Origin: Candidatus Thorarchaeota archaeon
GTDB taxonomy: Archaea > Asgardarchaeota > Thorarchaeia > Thorarchaeales > Thorarchaeaceae
Assembly: GCA_029858305.1 (NCBI GenBank)
Contig: JAOUFI010000033.1
Location: 1-22,317, forward strand
Direction of reading: 5' to 3'
DNA: 22,317 nucleotides
The position numbers and the translations under genes are program-made. Shown here piece by piece: positions 9,806-19,584 of this stretch; the stretch's first letter is position 1, and every line of letters begins with the position of its first letter. The notes under the pieces were generated by a model. It made no database searches. It had not been told where the DNA came from and worked only from the letters and a program-made list of their open reading frames with translations.

Positions 9806-10020
9806 TCTCGGGGATATTGAGTTAGTATATGAATTTTACCACACACATGAAATGGTGTTTCTGTGTTTATTGAATTTGTATGATAGCAGCTATAATGTTA
9901 TTTGTTTATGATTTTGGAGCCCTGTTAATGCATATGCTCAATGCTAATTAAAGGAAAAAAACTCTCCTGAATATCTGCCATTCCGATACTGTCTTAGGGT
10001 GCATTAATTTTCAAGATTTC

Positions 10021-10926
10021 ATGCAAGTAACGCCTGAACTTCTCATTGGAAGCTTGATTGGTCTTCTTGGATCTGCACTCTACGGACTCTCTGTTGTAGT
10101 TTATCGATCCCAGGCTGATGAGATTGGTCCAGTTGCCGTAAGCTCCATCAAGATGTGGGTAGCTCTGCCTTTCATGGCTGTCATGGTTCTTATCCTTCCT
10201 GGTTTCGATTCTATATTTCTTCCACTCTCTGTTATTGCTATTCTAGGTACATCAGTGACACTGGGTGCAGTGGTAGGCGATACCATCTATCTCTGGAGTC
10301 AAGAGCGAATAGGTGTGTCATACGCATTTCCAATCGCAATGTCGTTTCCTATCATGACATATTTCCTGACGGTTGTCTTTCTAAATGAGCCACCTGTACT
10401 CTCAAGACTTGCTGGGGCTGTTGTTGCTGTAGTTGGTGTGATTCTAATTTCGAATGAGCAGAATCGGAATCAGAAAGATACTGACACTCCACGTAGGCTT
10501 GATTTATGGGGAATTGGCGGTGCATTGTTGACAGCAATTCTTTATGCAGTCGGGACGACCATGCTTCAAGTGGGTATTGAAGGAGTTGACCCAATCAGTG
10601 GCAGCTTCGTCCGTGTTCTTTTTGGCAGCATCGCATTCGTTCCTGTATTTGCAGTTGCGCGTTATCAGGGGAAAGCAAGACCGACCAGCCACGCTACTAT
10701 ACGAGTGATAATAGCAGGATTCTTCGGGATGGCAGTGGGTTCTCTTCTTTATGTTGCAGCAGTCGCCTCTATAGGTGCAGCAATCATGTCTGTAATCTCT
10801 GCAACTGCTCCCTTATTCGCGATTCCAGTTTCGATCTTATTCTTGAAAGAGCGATTAACTCCCATTGCTGTAGTAGGAATAATCGCCACATTATCCGGAA
10901 TCGTTCTTGTAGTATTGGGATTCTGA
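10021..10926 (+). CDS. DMT superfamily (EamA) transporter
   Basis: About 10 TM segments in two repeats ending VFLNE and LFLKERLT. Confidence 0.92.
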   Translation: MQVTPELLIGSLIGLLGSALYGLSVVVYRSQADEIGPVAVSSIKMWVALPFMAVMVLILPGFDSIFLPLSVIAILGTSVTLGAVVGDTIYLWSQERIGVSYAFPIAMSFPIMTYFLTVVFLNEPPVLSRLAGAVVAVVGVILISNEQNRNQKDTDTPRRLDLWGIGGALLTAILYAVGTTMLQVGIEGVDPISGSFVRVLFGSIAFVPVFAVARYQGKARPTSHATIRVIIAGFFGMAVGSLLYVAAVASIGAAIMSVISATAPLFAIPVSILFLKERLTPIAVVGIIATLSGIVLVVLGF

Positions 10927-10927
10927 T

Positions 10928-11857
10928 TTACTGTGGAGCTGCAACAAGTCCAACATATGTCTCAAGTACTTCTCGGTTTCGAAAGAATCTGATAAGCAGT
11001 TTCTGACCAACTTTGCCCCGCATCACTTTCTTTCTCAGGTCTTCCATTCCACTTATTTCGTCCTTGTCAATAGCTACTATGACATCTCCGGCCTGCAAAT
11101 GTGCAAGCTGTGAAGGTCCTCTTGGTACCTCGAGTATCAAAGCGCCTCTATCAACAGCAAGACCATAATGTGATGAAATTCCTCTATTCAGCGTTACACC
11201 GACAATTCCCATCCAAGGTGTTCGAACAGTACCAGTTTCGATAAGTTCATCGAAGACACCTTTGAGAGCATCAACTGCAATAGCGAATCCTATCCCTTGG
11301 CTCCAAGGAATCATTGCAGTGGGAACTCCTATGAGTTTTCCTTCTGAATCGACGAGAGCTCCTCCACTATTCCCCGGATTGATTTGGGCTGATGTCTGAA
11401 TGAGTCCTTCTAGAAATGATCTCTCGCTTTGAATAGTTCTATCCACTGCACTTACCATCCCAAATGTCACGGATGAGCCTAGTCCCAGAGGATTACCAAT
11501 TGCAATAGCAAACTGCCCAACTTTCAATTTGCTTGAATTACCCATATCTATTGGAACAAGTCCTGTCGCCTCGATTTTCAGGATTGCAAGGTCTCTTGTC
11601 TTTGACTCTCCAACAACAACCGCTTTGAATGTACGCCCATCATGAAGAGTTACTTCTACATCTCTTGCTCCCTCAACTACATGAGCATTACTCACAATGA
11701 AACCAGTGTCTGAAAGAATCACACCAGAACCCTGACCTTGAACAGGAACGATACTCGAAAGTTGTGTTCTTGCTAGTCTTGTGGTTGAAACACTCACAAC
11801 ACAGGGAATAACTTGCTCAACAACTTCCACCAATTTCTTTTCTAGCTCTTGAAACAT
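10928..11857 (-). CDS. HtrA/DegP-like trypsin serine protease with one PDZ domain
   Basis: GSGVI, NAHVV (His), DLAILK (Asp), INPGNSGG (Ser), and PDZ motifs WMGI and GDVIVAID. The likely start is ATG 11857 (MFQELEKK); the track's N-terminal extension looks like promoter DNA. Confidence 0.93.
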   Translation of the reverse strand: MFQELEKKLVEVVEQVIPCVVSVSTTRLARTQLSSIVPVQGQGSGVILSDTGFIVSNAHVVEGARDVEVTLHDGRTFKAVVVGESKTRDLAILKIEATGLVPIDMGNSSKLKVGQFAIAIGNPLGLGSSVTFGMVSAVDRTIQSERSFLEGLIQTSAQINPGNSGGALVDSEGKLIGVPTAMIPWSQGIGFAIAVDALKGVFDELIETGTVRTPWMGIVGVTLNRGISSHYGLAVDRGALILEVPRGPSQLAHLQAGDVIVAIDKDEISGMEDLRKKVMRGKVGQKLLIRFFRNREVLETYVGLVAAPQ

Positions 11858-11992
11858 GCTATTAACAATATTTAAGAGAATATTAACTTCACGACAGCGG
11901 TAAATATCCATTTTCATGAAATTGCATGTTTTACAGATCAGACAATCCCTAGACCCTTCTTGCTTATATTGCCTGTGTGCCAAGCATAATCA

Positions 11993-12595
11993 GTGGTGTC
12001 AGTGATTGAATGGCTTAACTTTGTTATTTTAATCATATCCTCAATCTTATTCCTTGCTTTCTATATCCGGAGCGTAAGTCCTGCGCAGCTAGAAGGGAAA
12101 ATAGGTGAGATTGCCTTCTCAAAATGCAAGACCTATCGAATAATTGCTGGTGTATTTGAGGGGATTACTGTTGTTAATTATGTAGTTTATTTCTTCTACC
12201 CTCTCCCAATTGGACTCCTGCGGACATTTCCTTGGGAATGGTGGATTTCAGCTGTTATAGCACTCGCCATTTTATTTCCCAGCCTCTATATTATGATTAT
12301 AGGAGTAAAGGATGCAGGTGAGGAGACTCTTGAGCCCAAGAAAGAGCACGGTCTCTACACAGGAATATACGAGAAGGTACGTCATCCCCAAGCGATAGGA
12401 GAATCCGTGTTATGGTTCTCTATTGCACTATTCCTAAACTCCCCTTTTCTTATTCTCTTTTCATTCATCTGGATTCCGATATTCTATGTAATGTGCATTG
12501 CAGAAGAACGAGATTTGATCATCCGATATGGCCAACCCTATCTTGATTATCGTGACCGCGTTGGGTTCTTAATCCCGAAGAAATCAAAGAATTGA
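11993..12595 (+). CDS. Isoprenylcysteine carboxyl methyltransferase / PEMT family membrane protein
   Basis: TGIYEKVRHP, EERDL..YG..Y.DY..RV..LIP, several TM segments. Confidence 0.88.
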   Translation: MVSVIEWLNFVILIISSILFLAFYIRSVSPAQLEGKIGEIAFSKCKTYRIIAGVFEGITVVNYVVYFFYPLPIGLLRTFPWEWWISAVIALAILFPSLYIMIIGVKDAGEETLEPKKEHGLYTGIYEKVRHPQAIGESVLWFSIALFLNSPFLILFSFIWIPIFYVMCIAEERDLIIRYGQPYLDYRDRVGFLIPKKSKN

Positions 12596-12740
12596 ACCTA
12601 TCATCTTAGAGCCTTGATTGGGAGATGGTGAGTTGGTATCTGGATTATCTGGCACCCTTATTGATATTACGGCTTATCTGAAAGATATATTACTATACAG
12701 CAAGCTATTTCATACCGGATGTAGGCTTCAGTTCTGAACA

Positions 12741-13595
12741 ATGATGAGTCAAACCCCATACACAAATCTTGGAAGATATCTTGTTAGCAAGGTTCGTGTC
12801 AGTGATAATTTGAAAAACGCTATCAATCAATCAGTAAACCTAATCGGTGGATTTGAAAAGATTATAGCGCCCAATGACACTGTAACCATCAAGCCAAATC
12901 TGAATACAGCTGACCCCTATCCTGCTTCGAGCGATCCTCAATTTATCAGGGCTCTTGGCGAAATAATTCTTAATGCAGGTGCTGGAAAACTCAAGATTAT
13001 TGATAGTTCCACGATGAGAGTATCAACGAGAAAAGTAGCTAATACAATCGGACTTACATCTGTCGCAGAAGAACTAGATGCTGAATTGATTTTCCTTGAT
13101 GAACACGATTGGGTCAAGGTCGATATTCCAAGGGGAAAATTCATGAAGAAGGCTTCAATTGGAAAACCACTTCTTGAACGCGGAAAGACTGTCCTCGCTC
13201 CCTGTCTCAAGACTCATTTCTTGGCACGATATACAGGTAGTATGAAGTTGTTTGTAGGATGGCTGAAACATTCGGAACGAATTAAATTGCATCTTCAAAA
13301 CCTAGAACCAAAGATAGCCGATTTAGCCTCTTATTTCAATCCAGACTTGATTGTGATGGATGCGAGAACTTGTTTCATTACAGGTGGTCCATCATCCGGA
13401 ATCTGCTCATCTCCCAATATGATACTCGCAAGTGGTGACATGGTTGCAATCGACGTCGAAGGCGTACGAGCAATTCAGTGCTGCAACGCTGATAATAAAT
13501 TGCAAATGGATGTCTGGGAAATCCCACAAATAAAACGCGCAGTTGAAATCGGAATCGGAGCAACATCCGATGCTGATATTGAGGTTATTGAATAG
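12741..13595 (+). CDS. DUF362 family protein (no fused ferredoxin)
   Basis: VTIKPNL, LKTH, TGSMK, PDLIVMDA, GGP and DMVAID motifs. Confidence 0.85.
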   Translation: MMSQTPYTNLGRYLVSKVRVSDNLKNAINQSVNLIGGFEKIIAPNDTVTIKPNLNTADPYPASSDPQFIRALGEIILNAGAGKLKIIDSSTMRVSTRKVANTIGLTSVAEELDAELIFLDEHDWVKVDIPRGKFMKKASIGKPLLERGKTVLAPCLKTHFLARYTGSMKLFVGWLKHSERIKLHLQNLEPKIADLASYFNPDLIVMDARTCFITGGPSSGICSSPNMILASGDMVAIDVEGVRAIQCCNADNKLQMDVWEIPQIKRAVEIGIGATSDADIEVIE

Positions 13596-13661
13596 TAGTA
13601 TTAAAACCCAAGAATCCAGTTGCTGTTGGATATTTTCATTTGTCGAACATTGGAGGTACCT

Positions 13662-15497
13662 TTATGACTCTTGATTTTTGGTTTGATCAATGTATATTGG
13701 TAGCCAAATCTTAACTTCAAGTCCCTGTGAATATTGCCCAGGAACCCGATCATGTAGCTCAATTCGTCCGCCGTATTTCTCAACAAGATGGTTGACTGTG
13801 TGGAGACCTAAACCCCCAAATCTTCGTGACATGTTGAACAGACCTGCTTTTGTTGAATCAGGAATACCGGGACCATCGTCACTGATTGATAGAAGATAAT
13901 CTAATCCTGCTCTCTCGAGACGTATCCAGACCTTTTTCCGCTCTTTGACGTTATGTTCAATTGAATTCATGAGAATGTTCGAGACAAGGAGCTCAAGATA
14001 CTCATCTGCATTAATTCTTGCATCACTCCCCATGATGAAAGTCTCGAATGTGATGTTCTCTGCGTGCGACATAGCCTCTATGCATGTTGTCACGGCTTGC
14101 GTTAGAGACCTCTCTGACAGTGGCACAGATAGGAGTTGTTCAGTTGAGTTTGCCTCTTGGATTATCCTTGAACAGCGTTTGATTGCATCGCATATCACTT
14201 TGTAAAATGAGTTCTTTACACTATCTTCTATTGCATTCATCATGAGTGCTGCACTGTTAAGTATGACCTGTAATTGCTGTGCTAAATCATGACCCATCAG
14301 ATCGAGATACAAAAGTGCTCTGTCCTTAGCCGATCTTAATTCTCTCTCAGATTGTCGTCGACCACTGATGTCGACTGTAACTGTTTGAATGGCTGGGACT
14401 CCGTCATATTCCACTTGACTCGAAAAGCTTTCTACCCACCGAATCTCTCCATTCTTTCTAACATATCTATACTCATATCTCGGCGCGACTGCTCTACCAG
14501 CAATTTTGTCGCGCATTCGTTTTGTTAAATCTTCTCTATCATCCGGATGTACCAAGTCCCACACATCTTCAGCTGTCATTTTAGCAAGTTCATCGTCATC
14601 ATATCCGACAAGATTCTTGAAGGCTGGATTGTAGTAGAGAAAATTCTCCTGTGTCATAATTGTAATTGCTTGAGGAGACTGTTCGGCAAGATTACGATAT
14701 TTCAATTCAGAGGCTCTCAGATTTTCCTCAAATTCTTTCACATCAGTGATATCTATAAAAAGGACCTGAATAGCCGGAGCCCCTTCATATTCGATACTTC
14801 CTGAGAATGCTTGCACCCATCTTGTACTTCCATCTCTACGTATGAAACGATATTCGTAGGGCATTGGGATTGGTTTTCCCGCTTCTCTATCTTCTGCTAT
14901 TTTACGAAGGAATTTCTTATCTTCTGGATATACTAAATCCCACGCCACTTTTGAAGGCATTGCGATTATTTCTTCAGGAGAGTAGCCAACGATTCGACCA
15001 AATGCTGGATTGACATACGCATATTTTTCATTCTGCATAATCGTCAATCCCTGAAGTGATTGCTCTGCAAGTAGTTGGTATTTATTCTCAACCGCCCGAT
15101 GGTCTGAAACATCAGTTATGATTGCGAACGAGCCTCTAAAGTTGCCTTCTTTATCGATAATGGGAACTCCTGATATAAGAGTGGAAATGCTGCGCCCTGA
15201 TTTGGCAACCCATTGTAACTCATATTTTGATGATAGTCCTTGTGCACGCTTAGCAATATGCTCTTTCTGAATTCTGATGTTGGCGTGATCGAGAAAATTA
15301 GATATTGGATAACCAATCATTTCATTGGTTGCATATTCTAGCAGCTCTCCAAATCTTCTATTGACATAGGAAAATTCATTCTTCTCATCCACAACGCCAA
15401 ATCCTTCACTCAGAGATTCCAATAATACTCGATGACTCAGTAACTCTTCGAGAGACTCGAAATCTATACTATCTCTAGTTTTGCTTTCGTTCACCAT
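13662..15497 (-). CDS. Cytoplasmic sensor histidine kinase (3 PAS, HisKA, HATPase)
   Basis: Three PAS/PAC repeats (YVN, YEYR..RxxGxxRWV), H-box HDL, N-box NILMNS, G1 DDGPGI and G2 GLGL. No TM segment. Confidence 0.93.
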   Translation of the reverse strand: MVNESKTRDSIDFESLEELLSHRVLLESLSEGFGVVDEKNEFSYVNRRFGELLEYATNEMIGYPISNFLDHANIRIQKEHIAKRAQGLSSKYELQWVAKSGRSISTLISGVPIIDKEGNFRGSFAIITDVSDHRAVENKYQLLAEQSLQGLTIMQNEKYAYVNPAFGRIVGYSPEEIIAMPSKVAWDLVYPEDKKFLRKIAEDREAGKPIPMPYEYRFIRRDGSTRWVQAFSGSIEYEGAPAIQVLFIDITDVKEFEENLRASELKYRNLAEQSPQAITIMTQENFLYYNPAFKNLVGYDDDELAKMTAEDVWDLVHPDDREDLTKRMRDKIAGRAVAPRYEYRYVRKNGEIRWVESFSSQVEYDGVPAIQTVTVDISGRRQSERELRSAKDRALLYLDLMGHDLAQQLQVILNSAALMMNAIEDSVKNSFYKVICDAIKRCSRIIQEANSTEQLLSVPLSERSLTQAVTTCIEAMSHAENITFETFIMGSDARINADEYLELLVSNILMNSIEHNVKERKKVWIRLERAGLDYLLSISDDGPGIPDSTKAGLFNMSRRFGGLGLHTVNHLVEKYGGRIELHDRVPGQYSQGLEVKIWLPIYIDQTKNQES

Positions 15498-15752
15498 ATC
15501 GAAGCGGCCTCTCGGTGGTTAAGACGAGAAACACTATCCTCAATTCTTTTTCTCCTTATGTGTTGTATATCCATATCAGTTCTTCAGGTGGAGAGAAATT
15601 CAATTATCATTGAAAACAATCAAACAATAAGCAAAACTCCCACAGCTCTCAGAAGAACTCTAGCTGTATATATAAAACAAAGCAAATGAATCAAGATTGA
15701 CAACAGTGCTGACTGTGTCTACACCAGTATATAGGCGATTGTAGAAAAACTA

Positions 15753-16235
15753 CTACTCTGTGATTGCTGTCTGTAATTCATCACTTCGATTTTCTACTGT
15801 TTTTCGTATTTCTTTAAGCAGCTGTCCAAACGAGTTTTTGAAAGATGTATCAAGGTTCTCTATGGCATCGAGATCTCTAATCATGCCATTCAATCTGTCT
15901 TGAATTCCAATGACTCCTAGCTGGAAGATATCTGCAAAGCTTCCATTGATTGTGTATAAGACACGCTTTCGCCCTCGGCCAGTCTGATCGTAGTCTCTTT
16001 GGCCATCAATAACTCCCAGTGCTTCAAGTTGAGATACAATCAATCCCGCATTAGCCCGAGAATAGCCGGTTACGCGGCAAATATCATCTGAACTGAGTTT
16101 TTCTCCTGAATTGTACTGCTCAAGGAAAAATGCTGCAAGAACAGGACCTGCATTTGGTGATAGTCCAATCCACTTGGCAACTTTCTCGAATAGTCTTATC
16201 ATGGGTATCTTGATCAAACCATTGGATTCACCCAT
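15753..16235 (-). CDS. Winged-HTH transcriptional regulator (GbsR/MarR-like)
   Basis: GLSPNAGPVL...LSSDDICRVTGYSRANAG..VSQLEALGVI, wing RGRKRVLY, helical C-terminus. Confidence 0.8.
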   Translation of the reverse strand: MGESNGLIKIPMIRLFEKVAKWIGLSPNAGPVLAAFFLEQYNSGEKLSSDDICRVTGYSRANAGLIVSQLEALGVIDGQRDYDQTGRGRKRVLYTINGSFADIFQLGVIGIQDRLNGMIRDLDAIENLDTSFKNSFGQLLKEIRKTVENRSDELQTAITE

Positions 16236-16321
16236 ATTTCTTCAACATCCTATTTTCTATAGCATGGCGTAACTTAGTAATCCTGCATCCATTTTTTCCA
16301 ATTCCACCTAGCTATATATGA

Positions 16322-17656
16322 TTATTGGGAATCGACCTCACGAGCTAAGATAAAGAATGCATCTCGACCTTCATACTTTCCTTTCCTAATCTTTGCGGTA
16401 GCATTGATTTTTATCTCATTATTGACTGCGATTGAAATATCACTTCTTACAATACTGCCCTCATTTGCGTTTTCAATGTCTGTTTTTATTTTCTCTATAT
16501 CTACCCCTCTGTAGATATCCTGAATTGTCTTTTTCAATAAAACATCCATTGATACATTCAATCGGTCGAGGGTCTTCTTGTTCGCATAGACTATTTTATG
16601 ATCAGAACCGATGATAAGAAAGAGATCATCAGATAATTCTGAAACTAAAGTCAATCCTGCCTTTGAATCGAGGATAGAATTTTCAGCATTGATTCTTGTC
16701 ATATACGCTGCAATCTGGATTGAAATCGCCTCCAGAGTACGTCTATTCCTCTCAGGTATCTCATCGTGCGTGTGTGAAGCCAAGCTAAGAATCGCTACTG
16801 TCCGATCCTCAGATGTAACTGGAAGGAAAGCGACTGCTGTGAGATTCTTGTATTGCTCTTCTATTGTTTTCGAATTTTGAATATCCCTCATCGTTAGGTA
16901 TACAGGTTTATCGATAGATGTTTCACCAGTTTCCTTATAGAAATTATAGAGAAAATGAGATGAAAGACCCTGACTCGAGGAAACATCAAATTTACCAGTT
17001 CGACCATCTATCAAGTATATCCCTCCGCTATCAATTCCTTCTAGTTGCACGACCGTCTTTAGAATACCATCTAGAGCATCGGTAAGATTTGTTGCCTTGC
17101 AGAGAGTGTTGCCAAGTTCTTGCTGTAGTATTAGCGAGTGCTCGACTTTTCGACGTTCGTTAATCTCATGAAGAAGACGTTGGTTCATCTCCTCAAGCTC
17201 TGCTGTGCGTTCTGCCACCCGATTTTCAAGATCCGCATATGCTGCTTCAAGAGCCTCTTCTGACCTTCTCTGCTCTACCTCAGATATAATTCGAACAGCA
17301 ATCTGGCTGAAGAGTTCTCGAACTTCATCGTCTCCTTTCTTAAGATAGTAATCTGCTCCTAGATTGAGTGCGCGTATTGCAACCGCCTCTTGACTCCTAC
17401 CTGTGAGAATGATGAAAGGAATGTGTGGATTTGCCTCACGAACCCATTCAAGAAGATCGAGTCCTGTCCTACTATGAGGTCCGAGATAATGATCGCAAAC
17501 AATTGCGTCAAATTTCTCTTCCTCGAGTTTTTGGAGGGCTTCCTGATCAGTATTTACTCCGATTAATTCGAATCTTTCATCTTCTTTCTCAAGAAACTTA
17601 CTAGCAAGAAATAGGAGGTCCTCATCATCATCTACAACTAGGACCCGTATCTTCAT
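16322..17656 (-). CDS. Response regulator: receiver, coiled coil, GAF and PAS, with no output domain
   Basis: VLVVDDD, phospho-Asp in VCDHY, LTG, YLKK; coiled coil LENRVAERTAEL; GAF AVAFLPV..VAILSL; PAS YANK. Strong SD GAGGTGGAG. Confidence 0.9.
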   Translation of the reverse strand: MKIRVLVVDDDEDLLFLASKFLEKEDERFELIGVNTDQEALQKLEEEKFDAIVCDHYLGPHSRTGLDLLEWVREANPHIPFIILTGRSQEAVAIRALNLGADYYLKKGDDEVRELFSQIAVRIISEVEQRRSEEALEAAYADLENRVAERTAELEEMNQRLLHEINERRKVEHSLILQQELGNTLCKATNLTDALDGILKTVVQLEGIDSGGIYLIDGRTGKFDVSSSQGLSSHFLYNFYKETGETSIDKPVYLTMRDIQNSKTIEEQYKNLTAVAFLPVTSEDRTVAILSLASHTHDEIPERNRRTLEAISIQIAAYMTRINAENSILDSKAGLTLVSELSDDLFLIIGSDHKIVYANKKTLDRLNVSMDVLLKKTIQDIYRGVDIEKIKTDIENANEGSIVRSDISIAVNNEIKINATAKIRKGKYEGRDAFFILAREVDSQ

Positions 17657-17853
17657 TTCCTCTCCACCTCAAGCCTCAATTGAGTTATTTCAATCTCTGC
17701 GATATAAGTTGTAAGATATTATTATTCTCATAAATACCTTCTAAGACACTCAAGAGTGTAGGAAGTTCATACTTCCCTAAAAAATGCAACCATTTGCTTA
17801 CGATTGGTCGGAGTGCAATGCCTGCATACACACATACTTTAAAACATTGAAGT

Positions 17854-17869
17854 GATAACGATAGTTATC
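17854..17869. promoter_or_regulatory. Palindrome GATAAC-N4-GTTATC, candidate operator of the SRPBCC gene
   Basis: Perfect 6-bp inverted repeat about 10 nt downstream of TATA-like TTTAAAA (17838-17844). Confidence 0.4.
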
Positions 17870-17925
17870 TACCATCACAAAGATAAGGGTAGAGTGATAA
17901 GTGAAATCCCAATAAGGTGGAGGTC

Positions 17926-18828
17926 ATGGCGGAACCAAAGGAAGATGTACTTCCAGTGATTCACCTGCAGATTCGCATCTCAAAGCCTCTAGATGAGGTT
18001 TGGGCTGATTTTCTAGACCCAATCATGATGCTACTTTGGTTGGGTAATGAGATTAGTGCTGATGTTCGTGTTGGAGGTGCAATCAGATTCCTTGGACCCA
18101 ACGCTCCTACAACTCCCGAGATAGCTAATCAATGGGAGATTAAGGAAATTAAACAAAAGAAGGTCTTGCTTTTGAGTTGGAGGATTATGGGAGTTGATAC
18201 CCTTCTCGTAATCCGATTCAATCCCATCGGTCCTGGGACTATGATACAGGTTAACCATGGAGCTGTTCCTGTGTCAGCGAGAGCATATCACCTTCCAGAG
18301 CACTGGAATCTATTGCTAGCCAATTTCAAGAGTGCAGTCGAATTAGGTACTCCGGCTTTGAGATTTGTCTATACCGACTATCATCCACTTCGTATTACAC
18401 GTTATGACCCAATAGATGTGCGCCTTAGCGTAATCTGCAAGACTCCTCCCTCATTGCCATTTGATGTTTGGACCAATCCTGAAAAGCTGAAGCATTTCAT
18501 ACGCGCTGAAGAACCAAAGGTTGATCGACAATACGCTGGAATCTACACTTGGTGGGCAGAAGGTAAAGGACCTGTTGTCTTTAAGAAAATGATTCCTGAC
18601 AAAGAATTAGAATTCTCTTGGGTACATGGTGATGAGCCTGAAACCATTGTGAATGTTCGCTTTGAGGAAGTGAATGAACACACTTTGGTCACGCTTCATC
18701 ATCACAGTTTCAAATCCCCTGCTGCAACTATAGGCTATGATATTGGGTGGTCTGGAATACTAGCTGAACTCAAACTTGTTTGCGAACTGGGTGAATCCGG
18801 CATTGAACGCATTAGTGATTGGGGCTAG
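17926..18828 (+). CDS. Tandem SRPBCC/AHSA1-like (START/Bet v1 fold) protein
   Basis: Two repeats: P..VW..F.DP....W...DVRVGG...W..LL, and P..VWTNPE.L...LEFSW...T.VTL.H...GW..L..LK. AGGTGGAGG lies upstream of ATG 17926. Confidence 0.85.
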   Translation: MAEPKEDVLPVIHLQIRISKPLDEVWADFLDPIMMLLWLGNEISADVRVGGAIRFLGPNAPTTPEIANQWEIKEIKQKKVLLLSWRIMGVDTLLVIRFNPIGPGTMIQVNHGAVPVSARAYHLPEHWNLLLANFKSAVELGTPALRFVYTDYHPLRITRYDPIDVRLSVICKTPPSLPFDVWTNPEKLKHFIRAEEPKVDRQYAGIYTWWAEGKGPVVFKKMIPDKELEFSWVHGDEPETIVNVRFEEVNEHTLVTLHHHSFKSPAATIGYDIGWSGILAELKLVCELGESGIERISDWG

Positions 18829-18843
18829 ATTGTACAACATTTT

Positions 18844-19584
18844 CTACATGGGGAAAAGAATAATTCCTGGAAAGATGAACCACCACATGGCTACAGCTGT
18901 CACCATTGGAATGAAGAAATTATCTGTCCATCCAATACTTAACACCTCAGCAGTCGTTGCAAATGCAGCAACAATGAAAATTTGAGGTAAAATTCTAAGA
19001 ATACTTGTATCCGGAGAATAGACTAGTAACGAAGCAAAGATTGCTAGAACCGTGAAGACGAATACCGCAATACTTCCTTCCAATGACTTATTCCTATATT
19101 TTCGTTTGATAATTTTTCCTCCATATGGTCTCCCAATTATCTCACCAGCTGCATCGCCCCATGCAACAGCAAGTATGGCGGCAACGAAGATTTCGGGTCT
19201 CGAAAAGAAGAGGAGGAAAACAGTACCGAACGATATCATTCCCATAAATCCCGCCATGAATGTTTTAGTTCGGGTGTCTTCATCTCGACTACCTGCGAGA
19301 AGCAGATCCCAAATCAACTCGCTTTTATGAGCCCAAGAATAGAAGAGGATGAAAACAAATATTCCTGCAGCGAAAGCTGGACCACTCAGATTTGAATATC
19401 CAACAAGTGTGAGACCAACTACGCTTCCCATGGAAGTATGGACTAGTTTTCTTGCCTTCCATTTTGGCCTTCCTGAGCATGCTAAGTAGTATGCAGATGT
19501 CAGCACCACTGAAACAATCATTCCAGTTGCCACTGCCATCCCCACATCTACAAGGGTCAAAGACCCTATGGACAAATCGACCAT
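18844..19584 (-). CDS. CTP-dependent polyprenol/dolichol/phytol kinase family membrane protein
   Basis: RKLVH, WGDAAGEIIGRPYG, KSLEGS and DNFFIP motifs. Confidence 0.88.
   Translation of the reverse strand: MVDLSIGSLTLVDVGMAVATGMIVSVVLTSAYYLACSGRPKWKARKLVHTSMGSVVGLTLVGYSNLSGPAFAAGIFVFILFYSWAHKSELIWDLLLAGSRDEDTRTKTFMAGFMGMISFGTVFLLFFSRPEIFVAAILAVAWGDAAGEIIGRPYGGKIIKRKYRNKSLEGSIAVFVFTVLAIFASLLVYSPDTSILRILPQIFIVAAFATTAEVLSIGWTDNFFIPMVTAVAMWWFIFPGIILFPM

Noticed and set aside
11858-11983. Cys-containing N-terminal extension of HtrA (CLICKTC)
   Set aside because: It would leave only 9 bp for two divergent promoters, and the DNA is AT-rich and promoter-like.
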